Of a stretch of 64,000 nt of DNA, positions 1 through 39,859 are shown piece after piece. Every line of letters starts with the position of its first letter. Position 1 is the first letter of the stretch. The DNA is from Octopus sinensis (Eukaryota): contig NC_042997.1 of the NCBI RefSeq assembly GCF_006345805.1, forward strand, positions 166,036,001 through 166,100,000. The letters are read 5' to 3'. The notes beneath the pieces were generated by a model that saw only the letters and a list, made by a program, of their open reading frames with translations, was not told where the DNA came from and searched no databases. The position numbers were made by a program, and so were the translations under genes.

Positions 1-23
1 CCATACATCCCCTCATTCTACAG

Positions 24-27936
<27,913 letters not shown>

Positions 27937-27966
27937 AATTCTTCATTCAAATCAAATTGTATATTA

Positions 27967-27985
27967 AATAAAAAGTACCAATAAA
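27967..27985 (+). promoter_or_regulatory. Candidate polyadenylation signals of TEP (two AATAAA)
   Basis: AATAAA at 27967-27972 and 27980-27985, followed by T/GT-rich sequence. Confidence 0.65.
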
Positions 27986-28883
27986 TTTTACATAATTTTA
28001 TTTCTGTTGTATTTTATTGTCGTGAGTGTATGTGTGTGTTTTTTTTTTATTTTTGGCTTGATAGCCTGAAAGTATCTAAAACCTCTCTAAAGGTTTTGGT
28101 ATCTGAGAAACCTTTGCACAAGATCGCTCAACATGTTGCCTGTCGTATCATCAACGGTCCTCCTTTTAAGTAGTGCAAAGCTATTATCTCTCAGTATAAG
28201 AGAGAGCTTCGCAAAGCAAGAGCCACGTCATTTCCGCCCAGCCGAACAGACTATATGTCTAACATACTACAGAGCCTTGGTTATCTCCATTATACAATCA
28301 ATCATCTCTGAGAATGAAAGCATATAACTCCATCAACAGCACAAGCCAATGAGACAGCCGCTTGTTAGAGACTTGATCTTGATGACATATCAACCACATT
28401 TCCCTTCAATCAATTCATACAATCTTTAAAAAAGATACACTGGACAATATAAGTCTTAGACGTACAATGCCCGGATAAATGATGGAATGACCGCTGAACA
28501 GGGAAGTTTTTTGTCATTGGTGTATTCGGTCAGGACCAAACAATTACTACAACAGCATTTACGTAAAAAACGTTAACAAAACACAGCCAACTCCATCAAA
28601 ACCTGAACGCGATCACAAAACACCATCATTGAAGGAAAATCCAACACCTACAACACACGATACATTATTTAAAACAATATTACCAGTAACACAAAAGCGA
28701 CTGTCTACGTCATTCACATGGATTGCCTGCTACCGCTGTCGCTGCTATTGTTTGATCCTTAAGTCAGCCCTGATTGAACAAAAACATTGTTTTATGCTAA
28801 AATTTAATTCCAGCACTGATCATCCCGTATATTTAGGGACATCTAAAACTATTAATTAATTTGTATATATATATATAATATAT

Positions 28884-28928
<45 letters not shown>

Positions 28929-28931
<3 letters not shown>

Positions 28932-31140
28932 CAGGCCTATTCACCATTTTTCTAGGAAGGGGTAGCCACAACAACACACACATTAGGCATTCCATTCATT
29001 TCCCAGCTCGTAGGGGCGAGCCCCGTTCTATGCTCGATCAAAGCATAGAACGCAACTCCCAATATCAGCAGCAGACCTTGACAGCATATGCTGGTTTACC
29101 CCCGCCGCATCATTCTGGTTCTGTACCCCATTGAGCAACATCAAAATTCACTCATCCGACCAGAAACACTCTCCAAGCTTTCCTATCATTTATAAAGTCT
29201 CTTGCTTCTCTCATTCCTCTAACCATCAAAGCTTTCCTCACTCCATCCATCCATCACACAAACTAAGGTCTACCTCTGGTTCTGCTGCTTACATCAGCAC
29301 CCTCCTTATCATCCGCTCCTTATCCATCCTCTCCATGTGGCCAAACCACCTCAATCATTCAATCACTGTCCCTCCTCCTTTCTTTAGGAATTCCACTGTA
29401 CACCCATCTCTACCTGGCACCTTCCGGTTTGCTATCTTTCGCAGGGATTCCCTCACCTCCTCTCTTCCAATTGCACCGTAGTTCCATTCCCCAACAACAG
29501 GCATTCTCCTCTCTCCTCGTACAGCCACTACATTTGCCTCCCTAATATCTTCCACATTTAACAGGTCACTAAAATACTCTGCCCATCTCCTTCGTACTTC
29601 CCCACTTCTTTTCACCAAATTTCCACCTACATCTCTCATCCTTATCTTCCCTTCCTCCAACAACCTTTCTTACCCTCTGTACCTCTTTCCAAAACATATT
29701 ATTATTTTTTACAAAATTTTCACTCAACTTTTTCCCGAACCTTTCACCTGCTTCCCATTTCACCACCCTCAACACTCTCTTTACTCTGCTCTTCACTTCT
29801 CCGTAGCCTCTCCATACCCTTCCTGCAACCACTCTTCTCTGCCACCGCAACCCTTACCTGCTCATTCCGCCACTTCCTTACACCCATTCCTCACACCACT
29901 CACACCACTCACACCACTTACACCACTCATTTCCTCACACCCATTCCAGCCACTCGTGTACCACACACCACAGAGTAACATCTCATTATTGCCGCTCTAA
30001 AAACATCCCACTTCTCCCCCACATCTCCTAATTCCCGTTTCTTAACCTGTACATATTCAGCACTCAATTTTTCTACATACACCTGCTCCTTCTCTCTCCT
30101 ATCCAGTTTACTCACTTTCACAACCTCTTTCTTCCCTGCCACTCGTCTAGCATTCTAGTTTGAGCATACCTTCAACTTACCCTGTACTAAGAAGTGATCT
30201 AACACTCCTCCACCTTCACCTCTCATTACATGCACATCAACCAACCTTCCTACCACTCTCTTATCAATTAATACATAGCCCACCAAGACCCTATCCACTA
30301 CTGTTCCTCCCTCCACTCTCCACCACCTGAACTTATTCTTCTCCCACTTTTTAAAAAGACTATTCCCCCACCACCAACTCCTGCTCCATACACATTTCCA
30401 ACAACCTCCTTCCACTCTTATTCCGACCAGGTACTCCATATTTCCTGTTACATATTTCCTACTACATATTTTCCTACTTCTTCATTTCCCACACGCGCGT
30501 TCAAATCACCCAACACCACCACATAACCACTTTTCCCCACCCTATCCACACACTATCAATTCCCCCCAGAACTCCTCTACTTCTTTCTCACTCCTTTCAC
30601 TCTCTGGACCACATGTACTAAAAAACACCCACATCTCTTCTCCCCACCTTGTCTTAACCCACCTTAATCTTGGACACACTTCTCTCCACTCCACCAATGC
30701 CAGCACTCCATCCTTCTCCTCATCATCACACTCCCTATCTTTCTCCTCTTTACCTCGCTTATACTACACCCACACACATTCCATGACCCTAGTACTAGGG
30801 TGAGATTTGGTGGTAACCTTCATCTACCCCCTTGTCTTTTTCTTGCCGTCTTTTTAGGAATATGGATTTACTAAGAGGAGAGGATTCTCAATCCCCTCAC
30901 TCCTTGCCCCTTTTAGTCGCCTCTTAAGCCACGCAGGGAATACCGAATGCAGTGGGGTTTGTTAGTCGCAGTAGGGTTTGCTAGTTAAGCTATAACTGGG
31001 ACCCTTACAGGTGCTACCACTCCGGGCCAGAGTAGACCTGGGAACGATAGTAGCTAAGAAGGGGTTCCACACTTCTCCAATCCTGAAACCAGGGCCCCAG
31101 GGTCCCACTACCGGATGTAGTTTATAGTCATACCCAGGAC
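28929..31140 (-). mobile_element. RTE-clade LINE, degenerate, with 5' UTR, APE endonuclease, linker and 3' end but RT core deleted
   Basis: LGSWNVCG, VVLGDLNARVG, DHFLVQGKL, RRRWAEYFSDLLN, KVPGRDGCTVEFLKKGG then directly LRWFGHMERM; 11-bp-stem hairpin at 29024-29052 in the 3' region. Confidence 0.85.
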
Positions 31141-32252
31141 ATTATGTTTAAAGACAGCAGGGTATGATTTAAGAAACTTTAGTTGCTATTTCTAAGAGCT
31201 TGAGCAACCACGAAGAGCGACACTAGATGGCTTGTAGATCATCAGTAGATTAGCTGGGTTTGCGTCACAGTTCTGCTAACAAAGCTCCACTCAGCGGAGA
31301 TTTATACTGTGCACTCTGGCAAGTATTTAAAGAACGGAGTGTTGTATGGCCGTCCTGAAATGTCTATTGTTGTTGAGTTCCAAGTTAACCTCAATTAAAC
31401 AAGCCTACTGAATCATAATCTGCCATTATAGAACTAAGTAGCCTATCTCTTTTGGTTTGTAGTAAGTACAATATATGTTTAGTTAAATGATGGCTAAAAC
31501 CTGAGAAACTAGTCTTAATTTATGTCACCTACAGTCAAAAGAAATTCAAACATAACCATCCGTCTTTTGTAATTTTTAAAACGTTAGGTGTAATGTTAAG
31601 GTGATTTAGCAGCTATTTCCAGCATTTATGTATCTATCGATTTTGGAGTTGGCCAAAACAGCGGTGTGCAAAGTGGTCTCGGTCGGAGAATCGTACTTTT
31701 GTTCCTCTGCGCCAGTCATTGGTGTTCTGCCTCCCAGCATGATGTTTAGGGCTAATGCGTTTATTTCTTTAACCCAATGAAATGAAATCGACTCATTAGA
31801 GTTTAAATTCAGAACGTCATGAAAGTACTCAGTTTCTACAAAATCTTTTTCAAGGAATTCGTTGATGACTTTGTGGCTTTTCTTGTAATTTTAGATATAA
31901 AATATGGACTTTTAGCATTGACACAAGCACACACATTTTGGGGAATAGCTATAGCTGGTTGTATTGATTCCAGTACATGGATCGCAGATGGTGAAAAGCA
32001 GAGTTAACCGTAACTCGATGCTACAAAGTGTTTTATCTAACGTTCTAACGAGCCTGTCAAGTGATCAATCATAGAAGCTTCATATAAAATACTGAATTCT
32101 AAACAAAGTGTAACGTCAAGGAAACAATTGATTTGCTATACATTACCAACGAACCCATGTTAGCTCGCATGATGGAATTTGAACTAAAAAATACGAAAAT
32201 ATAATCTATTTAGTCTAGTATTCGGTTCATCCTTTAATAAACTAAAAACATT

Positions 32253-32657
32253 GGCGCAGGCGTGGCTGTGGGGTAAGACGTTTGCTTCCCAGCCACATGG
32301 TTCTGGGTTCAGTCTCACTGCGTGGTACCTTGGGCAGGTGTCTTCTGCAATAACTTCGGACCGACTAAAGCCTTGTGAGTGGATTTGGTCGACGGAAACT
32401 GAAAGAAGACTGTTATGAGTGTGTGCGTGTGTGTGTGTGTGTGTTTGTTAGTTTGTCCCCACCACTGCTTGACAACAGGTCAACAGGTGTTGGTGTGTTT
32501 CTGTCGCCGTAGCTTAGGGGTTCAGCCAAACAGACCCATAGAATAAGTGCTGGGCCTTAAAAAAAATAAGGTTTTTTCGATTAAAACCCTTCAGAGCAGT
32601 GCTCCAGCGTGGTCGCAGTCAAATGATTGAAACGAGTAAAAGAAAAAAGATAAAAGA
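32253..32657 (+). mobile_element. SINE family A, older full-length copy
   Basis: Colinear, more diverged. Confidence 0.82.
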
Positions 32658-33261
32658 TGTCGTGTACTTATTAAGTATTCCACTAGCTTCACTCACTAAT
32701 AATGAAGTTTTAAGATAATCCGTTCATTCTAAGCTTATTCTGCAGAAGTTACACAATGTCATTATAATACCTTAGTTATCGATTTCTACTTAAACCAACG
32801 AATATCTGAGCAAATGAATAATCCAAATTTAAGTTTAAAGAATAATTTCTCTCTTTATCCACTTACAATAGACCTTTATTTGTTTGTTTGTTTGCTTCAT
32901 AGTTTGTTTGTAGAAATCAGTATAATTTCTTAACGATTAGCGTAAAGGGAAACTACTTGAACCCAAGATTTGAATTACTTCCCTTACATTTATTTACTTT
33001 GGTGAACCAATGTGTCTCCATGGATTATAAGGTTTCCAAAGGATCATTTATAGCTTTACTGTTTTTCTGACGTCTCGAGTGGGGAAAGATTCTTTGAACA
33101 GCTCGAACTTTGCTTCCACATAAGATAAGATAAGCAAACAACTAGCATTCATTGCGACGGACTCCCATTGAGATGGGTTGAAGTTCAACGAGTCAACAAT
33201 TTGCAGTAATTAACCTGCATTGACATGTTATTAAGGAAAATACAGTTTGTTTGTTCTTGAG

Positions 33262-33378
33262 CAGGGGTCTGCAAAGTGGTCGATATCGACCCCTGGGGGT
33301 TTATTTATATATTTTCTTGTACATGCCTGGGGGTTGATGAGGGGTCAAGAATTCTATGAAGGGGTCGATGGTCTAAAA
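33262..33378 (+). mobile_element. 5' end of an outer hAT-like element
   Basis: caggggtctgcaaagtggtcgatatcgaccccctggggg, typical hAT/Charlie terminus; 3' TIR not found. Confidence 0.5.
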
Positions 33379-34033
33379 CGGTGGTTCTCAAACATTATTG
33401 GGCTGCCTCCCCCTTGACACCCAGGCCACATTCCTAGCACCCCCACTCCAACTAACCATCTCAAGCATAGACCTCTTTCTGAAGCAAATTCAAAGCAACT
33501 GTATTTCACAAATAAAACTTAAAATCTAGACTAGATATCTAGACCCCCTTCGGTCATGAATGACCATGGGATTGCACCTAGAAAGTTACCCTCCTAGACA
33601 CAAGTCCGGGCAAGGTTGTTTTAAGGAAGATCAGCAGTCGCCCATGCATACCAGCCTCCCCTCTCCACGACACCAGTGTTATCCAAGGGAAAGACAAAGG
33701 TCGATACAGCTTGGCACCAGTGACGTCGCAACTCATTTCTACAGCTGAGTGAACTGGAGCAACGTGAAATAAAGTGCCTTGCTCAAGAACACAACACGCA
33801 GCCCGGTCCGGGATTCGAGCTCACAACCTCACGATCGTAAGCTCGACGCTCTAACCACTGAGCCATGCGCCTTCACATAACTTAAAATAATGAAACAATT
33901 ATTTTGCTGTTTTTACATGAATCGCCACCCCATTATCGCCCCAATTTTTACATGAATCGCTACTCTAATATCGTCCCCTTGAAACTTTCCAACGCCCCTA
34001 GGGAGGCAATAACGCCCACTTTGGAAACCACTG
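33379..34033. mobile_element. hAT-type MITE with 8-bp TSD, carrying an internal SINE
   Basis: TIRs cggtggttctcaaa / tttggaaaccactg; TSD GTCTAAAA at 33371-33378 and 34034-34041. Confidence 0.85.
33526..33878 (-). mobile_element. SINE family C (tRNA head + CORE-like segment), full length, 10-bp TSD
   Basis: Head ggcgcatggctcagtggttagagc..gttgtgagctcgaatccc; TSD aacttaaaat at 33516-33525 and 33879-33888. Confidence 0.85.
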
Positions 34034-34858
34034 GTCTAAAACGTTCTAGATGCAAAGGGCAGCAATAAATACGTTTCTGGTCGCACAAAATATTATTAAA
34101 ATAATTTTTGGGCACATTTAATATAAAACCTTACCACCGAGCAGGTAACGGCTCATAATCTGTATATATAATAGGGAAATTACTGTGTGATTGGCCGCGA
34201 GGGTGGAAGAATGTATAACCTTAGGCGCACGAACGTGGATGTGCGAACGTGGATGTGCGGGCGCACATGTGTAGGTATGAACAGGCGTGCTTTCGCGAAT
34301 ACTATGCACTTTTTACCCCCTTACTTAGCGGTCATTCGAATAGCTCTTTTGTCTTTATAACGGTCAATCACACTGTAATTTCCCTTTGTATAACGGTCAT
34401 TTTTCATAGCATTTTTCCGATGGCCGGATAACTGAAGAGATGGCGGTGTGGATTTCCACCGCGGCATCAGAAACTCAGAGTTTTATCATGGCTACCGAAT
34501 AATTGTCACATATGATATTTACAGATAAATTCCTCTATTTACATAATATCGAGGTCTCTTTCTTTCTTTTGTTGTCTTAGCGTTTTTATCAATATATATA
34601 TATGGATAACCAATTCCTGGAATTCTTATACCTGCGGATTACTGTTACCGTGTGGACCCCCAAAGACTGTATCCAAATTGCCATGGTATCAAAATGCTCC
34701 AATTTTGATGTAATTGTAACAAAAATGAAACATCATTTCTCCAAAACCGGAAGTGAAAAAGTTTCTAGAAAAATCCTTTTGTTTCATAATGAAGATACTA
34801 ATTTATTTTATCGTATTTGTTTTATACATTTTATATTTATAATTGTATTCTCCATATA

Positions 34859-35021
34859 GGCGTAGGAGTGTCTGTGTGGTAAGTAGCTTGCTTACTAACC
34901 ACATGGTTCCGGGTTCAGTCCCCCTACGTGGCACCTTGGGCAAGTGTCTCCTACTATAGCCTTGGGCCGACCAAAGCCTTGTGAGTGGATTTCGTAGACG
35001 GAAACAGAAAGAAGCCCATCG

Positions 35022-35052
<31 letters not shown>

Positions 35053-35172
35053 GTGTGTGTGTGTATGTTTGTGTGTCTGTGTTTGTCCCCCCAACATCGC
35101 TTGACAACCGATGCTGGTGTGTTTACGTCCCCGTAGTTTTGCGGTTCGGCAAGAGAGACCAATAGAATAAGT
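34859..35172 (+). mobile_element. SINE family A, 3'-truncated
   Basis: Head through gaccaatagaataagt. Confidence 0.82.
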
Positions 35173-35391
35173 GAAAACACCTGGAACCGCCAGCGAAAAA
35201 TAAATTCAAGATTCAACCTTTCGCAGAAAAATTGATGCAAAAATACTTATACTTGAACATAACCTGATAAAGGGTTCTACAGTTACCAGTGTAGGCTACA
35301 TTGAAATTCTGACCAGCAAAGTGAAACTAGCAATTCGCAGCAAACGGCGAGGTTCATCATCAAACCAAGTGTTATTGTTGCACGATACTAG

Positions 35392-35434
<43 letters not shown>

Positions 35435-35746
35435 CACACATGATGGCTTCTTCCAGTTTCTGTCTACCAAATACGTTGACAATGCTTTGGTCGACCCCGG
35501 GTTTGATAGAAAACAGTTGCATAAGGTGTCATGCAGTGAACCATATGACTGGGTAACAAAATTTTTACCACTCAGTGGTGAAAGGTCGTGTCATGTCAAA
35601 TTCTACACCTTTCACAGACCATTTTAAACTTGGTTATTACAAGTTTAAATTATCAGGAAATTAGTATTTGACCGCATATATTTTATTGTAATGAAGCTAA
35701 ATTATGTCCAGAAAATTGCTGCTTCAGTTACTGCTGCAACCAGTGC

Positions 35747-35782
<36 letters not shown>

Positions 35783-35884
35783 TCAGGGTGAATACTTGAT
35801 AATTGTAGGCACCTGTATATACCATTTAGTGGTGTAGGTGGTAGAGTATATTAATCAAAATAAAAACATGATGTCAAGGATTCA

Positions 35885-35962
35885 GCGGTACATATGTTTC
35901 GGGCCTTTATTAGACGGATTTATAACAAAGCATAATGTGTGTCTATGGCCTTCTTCAGCCGC
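35885..35962 (-). ncRNA. Type I hammerhead-ribozyme-like motif
   Basis: - strand reads GCGG CUGAAGA A GGCC AUAGAC..25 nt..GUCUA AUAAA GGCC C GAA ACAUAUGU A CCGC: core CUGANGA and GAAA, helix I GCGG/CCGC, palindromic helix III, GUA cleavage triplet; A-C mismatch at 10.1-11.1. Confidence 0.6.
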
Positions 35963-35978
35963 GTACAATTACTACTTC

Positions 35979-36055
35979 AAGGACATGTACTACATTATAA
36001 GTTTTAAGGACATGTACTACATTATAAGTTTTAAGGACATGTATTACATTATAAG
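35979..36055. repeat. 27-bp tandem repeat, about 2.85 copies (aaggacatgtactacattataagtttt)
   Basis: Units start at 35979, 36006, 36033. Confidence 0.95.
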
Positions 36056-36117
36056 GTGGTCAGAAAGATGACATATTCCGGTTGTACAACCGGAATATGT
36101 CATCTTTCTGACCACCT
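36054..36117. repeat. Perfect 64-bp palindrome, no spacer
   Basis: aggtggtcagaaagatgacatattccggttgt followed by its exact reverse complement; centre 36085/36086. Confidence 0.97.
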
Positions 36118-36721
36118 GGTTAGTTCTTAAACCCTTTTACATCCCTTATCCTTATATTTTTTATATTTTTAATATTTTTTAATATTTTTTATATTTTTTT
36201 ATATTTTTTTACCTTCCGTCCTTAGTTCTCGCTTCTTTATCTTTATCTCTATTTATTTATATTACCATGTTTTTTTCACGTCTGTGTGTATTTATATATA
36301 TATTTATTTATATGTTTATATATTTATATATTGATTTATATATTTATATACTTAGATACTCTTTTTATATCCTTATATATTTTTTTATATTCTTATATCT
36401 TTTTTATATATTTTTAAAATTTTTACTCTTTTGATATTTTGAAATTTTTGCTCTTTTACTACCTTTTGCACCCATCACCCTCCCTCTTTGTGATCCCTAA
36501 CTCACTAAAGATTCAGCCCCCACAACCCCTTCCCTCTCTATCTCAACATCCAAACTTCCTCATTCTACATCGAGTGAGAGACGATATGGACGCTTCGCTT
36601 TTGTGCTGGTGCCCCACCCTGTCGTACGCGACTGTGAAGATTTGCATCCCCAACGTAAAGCTTATAATGTAATACATGTCCTTGAAGTAGTAATTGTACG
36701 CGGCTGAAGAAGGCCATAGAC

Positions 36722-36797
<76 letters not shown>

Positions 36798-36801
36798 CAC
36801 A

Positions 36802-36865
<64 letters not shown>

Positions 36866-37328
36866 GTATATCCTCATCGACATCTTGAGCCTGTCATTGT
36901 TATTTTCTATGCAGTACGAAGTTTTGATACCACTTTAAAGCGATATAGCTTGAATCATTTTCCTAAGCACATAAAAATTAAAAATAATCACCCCGTCTTC
37001 ATACTTTCTTCATATGAAAATCTCAGGTATTCGTTCTTTTCATAAAGTTAAAACTTTTTCGTATGCGCATCACACATATTCCAATATATTGCTTCATATC
37101 AAACATATTTAGTCTTAAGCCACCATAGCCAGTTATTGAAAGGTAGTTGGTAATCTGATTTAGAAAATGTACAATATGGATAAACAATAAACATTATAAA
37201 AGAGACAAAAACTACAACTTTAATCTTTTTAATAAAAGATGACGTCAGAGAAAGAACAGGGAAATAAAATATAAGGCGAAGTGTCTATGTGTATGTCTTC
37301 GTGTGTATATGAGCATCTGTGTGTGCGT

Positions 37329-37402
<74 letters not shown>

Positions 37403-37460
37403 ATTGCGTGTAGCATTATTTAAACAGCATTCAATTTAGACAATCCTAAAAAGAATGTAA

Positions 37461-38092
37461 TTAATGATCTAAGGGTCTTATTTTCATTTCAGTTGCTTTT
37501 AGCTGTTCGTATTTCCAACTGTTCCAGGCTATTCCACGGAATTTGGCATATGATTTACGATGATATAATCCGTTAAGCATGGCCCGCCAGCAATTTGTAA
37601 ACCACCATCCGCCATCCCATTGTGATGCACAATTGACACGCGCGTGTTTATCATTATCCCTGTCCATTGTGCTGAAAAAGGCATAATTGTGCAAGTAGAA
37701 GCTGTTACGTGCAGTTCCGCTGAAGGACGATACGTGCAATCTATATTTGTCTCGCTCCCCTTCGAGTTTAAAACTTTGATACGTCGCATAGGCACGGTTT
37801 CCGTTGAAATCCCATAAATCAATTCGCAGTTCGTATGCTTTCTGATTGCTGAGAAGAAAAATGTTCTGGTTTCCTAACCAGAACTCGTTGCTAACATCAC
37901 CAAAACCAGTTTTATAATCCAACCATTTGCGATTGAAATTTTCAGTGCCATCCGCTCGACGCTGGAATAACAACCACCCACCACCATCTGTATCCATATC
38001 ACACCAGACAGCCAAACTGCAAGTTAGGCCCTCTGGTTGTATTTTATAAACTCCTGATGTTTTGTGGCCGGCTTTATAAATAGCTGAGCAAT
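37461..38092 (-). CDS. Fibrinogen-related domain protein (FReD; ficolin/tachylectin-5/MFAP4-like), terminal exon encoding the whole domain
   Basis: Phase-1 acceptor (ttatttcag) then DCSAIYKAGHKTSGVYKIQP...VWCDMDTDGGGWLLFQRRADG...FGDVSNEFWLGN...FSTMDRDND...NCA...GGWWFTNC...LNGLY...GIAWNSW...TEMKIRPLDH*; 632 bp, no internal stop; true exon extends 5' of the ORF-track start. Confidence 0.93.
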
Positions 38093-38884
38093 CTGAAATA
38101 AATAAAACAAATAATCAAAATTAATCTTTCATGTTTTCATGAGACAATGCTATTGTATAAATATTTCACTTGTGTAACTAACTATTAAGTATAGATTGTT
38201 TGCTAGATAAATCACTGGGTACAGGACTTTAGATATTCTATGTATAAATACTTATGGAGATCTCCATTTTGCTTATTGCAATCCATGTGTGAATTTGATC
38301 TCTGCACATCAAGTTAACAAAACAGACAACTCTGTAGTCAATGAAGAAGTCTTAACTTGAACACTCTATAGGCTAGAAATTAGCAGTTAAGTCTTTCTCA
38401 AATCAAACTTTGATATACAAAAAAATAAGCGAAATTGTCATGGATGGAACACCTTTCATCATAGGTCTACTGTTCTAAAAAAAATATCTCAACCCATGGG
38501 TAGCCTACAAGTGAACCCTTATACAGCCACTCTATTTTCTACAAATAGCAGGCAAAATATCGTTCATATCCCACTCTACCACCTTGAAAAAGGACACATT
38601 GAATAATATAATCCTACATACAGTATGTCGTACAAAAAGAGGGTGTGTTTACAGCTTGAACGCCTATTATTATAGGATTTGTCAATCAGAGATAACTTGA
38701 TGTTAAATAACGGTTTCAACTTTTGGCTCAAAGGAAACAGTTTTGGTGGGTGGGTACGTCTTATTTCTTCAAAGCTCTCTTGATAATCTCGCAAAAGATA
38801 CTATTGGTATTCCTGAGGCATTATTGACCGTGATCTACCCCTTGTTAGAACTAATGTTAAGCTTCCACTCTGGAATTGCACTGG

Positions 38885-39010
38885 AGATGTAATCACTTGG
38901 TTTCACTCTCTTCATGATAAATATTAAACGCCTTCCATCCGGCCCTTACTCTCCGCAAGATCTCCTTTTCGATGACTCGGCACATATTCACTTCTTGTCC
39001 CAGGTAACAG
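38885..39010 (-). mobile_element. RTE RT-thumb fragment
   Basis: YLGQEVNM..EKEILRRVRAGWKAF. Confidence 0.7.
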
Positions 39011-39072
39011 ACCAAAGCCTTGTAAGTGGATTTGGTAGACGGAAATTGAAAGAAGCCCGTCGTGTATATGTA

Positions 39073-39122
<50 letters not shown>

Positions 39123-39582
39123 CGTTTGTGTGTCTGTGTTTGTCCCCCCACCATCGCTTGACAACCGATGCTGGTTTGTTTACGTCCCTGTAACTTAGAA
39201 TAAGTACTAAACCTTCAAAGAAAAAGTCCTCGGGGTCGATTTCTTCGACTAAAGGCGGTACACCAGCATGGGCGCAGTCAAATGACTGAAACAAATAAAA
39301 GAAAAGAATAAAATAATGTATACAACAGGCTTCTTTCAGTGTGTATCCTTGTATCTGTGTTTGGCCCCACCACCGCTTGACTATCGGTGGTGGTGTGTTT
39401 ACATCCCAGTAACTTAGCTGTTCTTCAAAAGAGACCGACAAAATAATTATCAGGGTTTAAAAAATAAGTACTGAGGTTGATTCGTTCGACTAAAAATTCT
39501 TCAAGGCGGTGCCCCAGCACGGCCGCAGTCTAATGATGGAAACAAGTAAAAGGTAATATACATACATACACGCACACACACA

Positions 39583-39658
<76 letters not shown>

Positions 39659-39830
39659 ATATATATATATACGACAGGCTTCTTTCAGTTTCCGTTTGCC
39701 AACTTCACTCACAAGAACTGGGTCGTCGGCCTGGGACTATAGTATAAGACACTTGCCCAAGTTGCCAAGCGGTGAGATTGAACCCGAAATCAAGTGGTTG
39801 GAAAGCAAGCTAACTAACATACAACCACAT
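39009..39830. mobile_element. Cluster of partial SINE family A copies (39009-39310 +, 39340-39553 +, 39560-39830 -)
   Basis: Each segment matches parts of 39860-40272. Confidence 0.78.
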
Positions 39831-39859
39831 CTAATATAGAAATAATTTTAAGAGTTATA

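Larger units (their letters stand above)
35937..36725. repeat. 65-bp inverted repeat pair (35937-36001 / 36661-36725) enclosing a tandem repeat and a palindrome
   Basis: 64/65 identity between arm 1 and reverse complement of arm 2. Confidence 0.95.

Noticed and set aside
33800-33878. tRNA genes at SINE heads (also 11843, 39860, 41341, 52330)
   Set aside because: A/B boxes are present but acceptor stems are not convincing, and each continues into a SINE body, some with TSDs
35979-36055. 27-bp repeats as a CRISPR-like array
   Set aside because: Units are head to tail with no spacers, and the context is eukaryotic with no cas genes
38576-38794. 72-aa - strand ORF just upstream of the FReD exon
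   Set aside because: Non-ATG start, no recognisable domain, no compatible donor found
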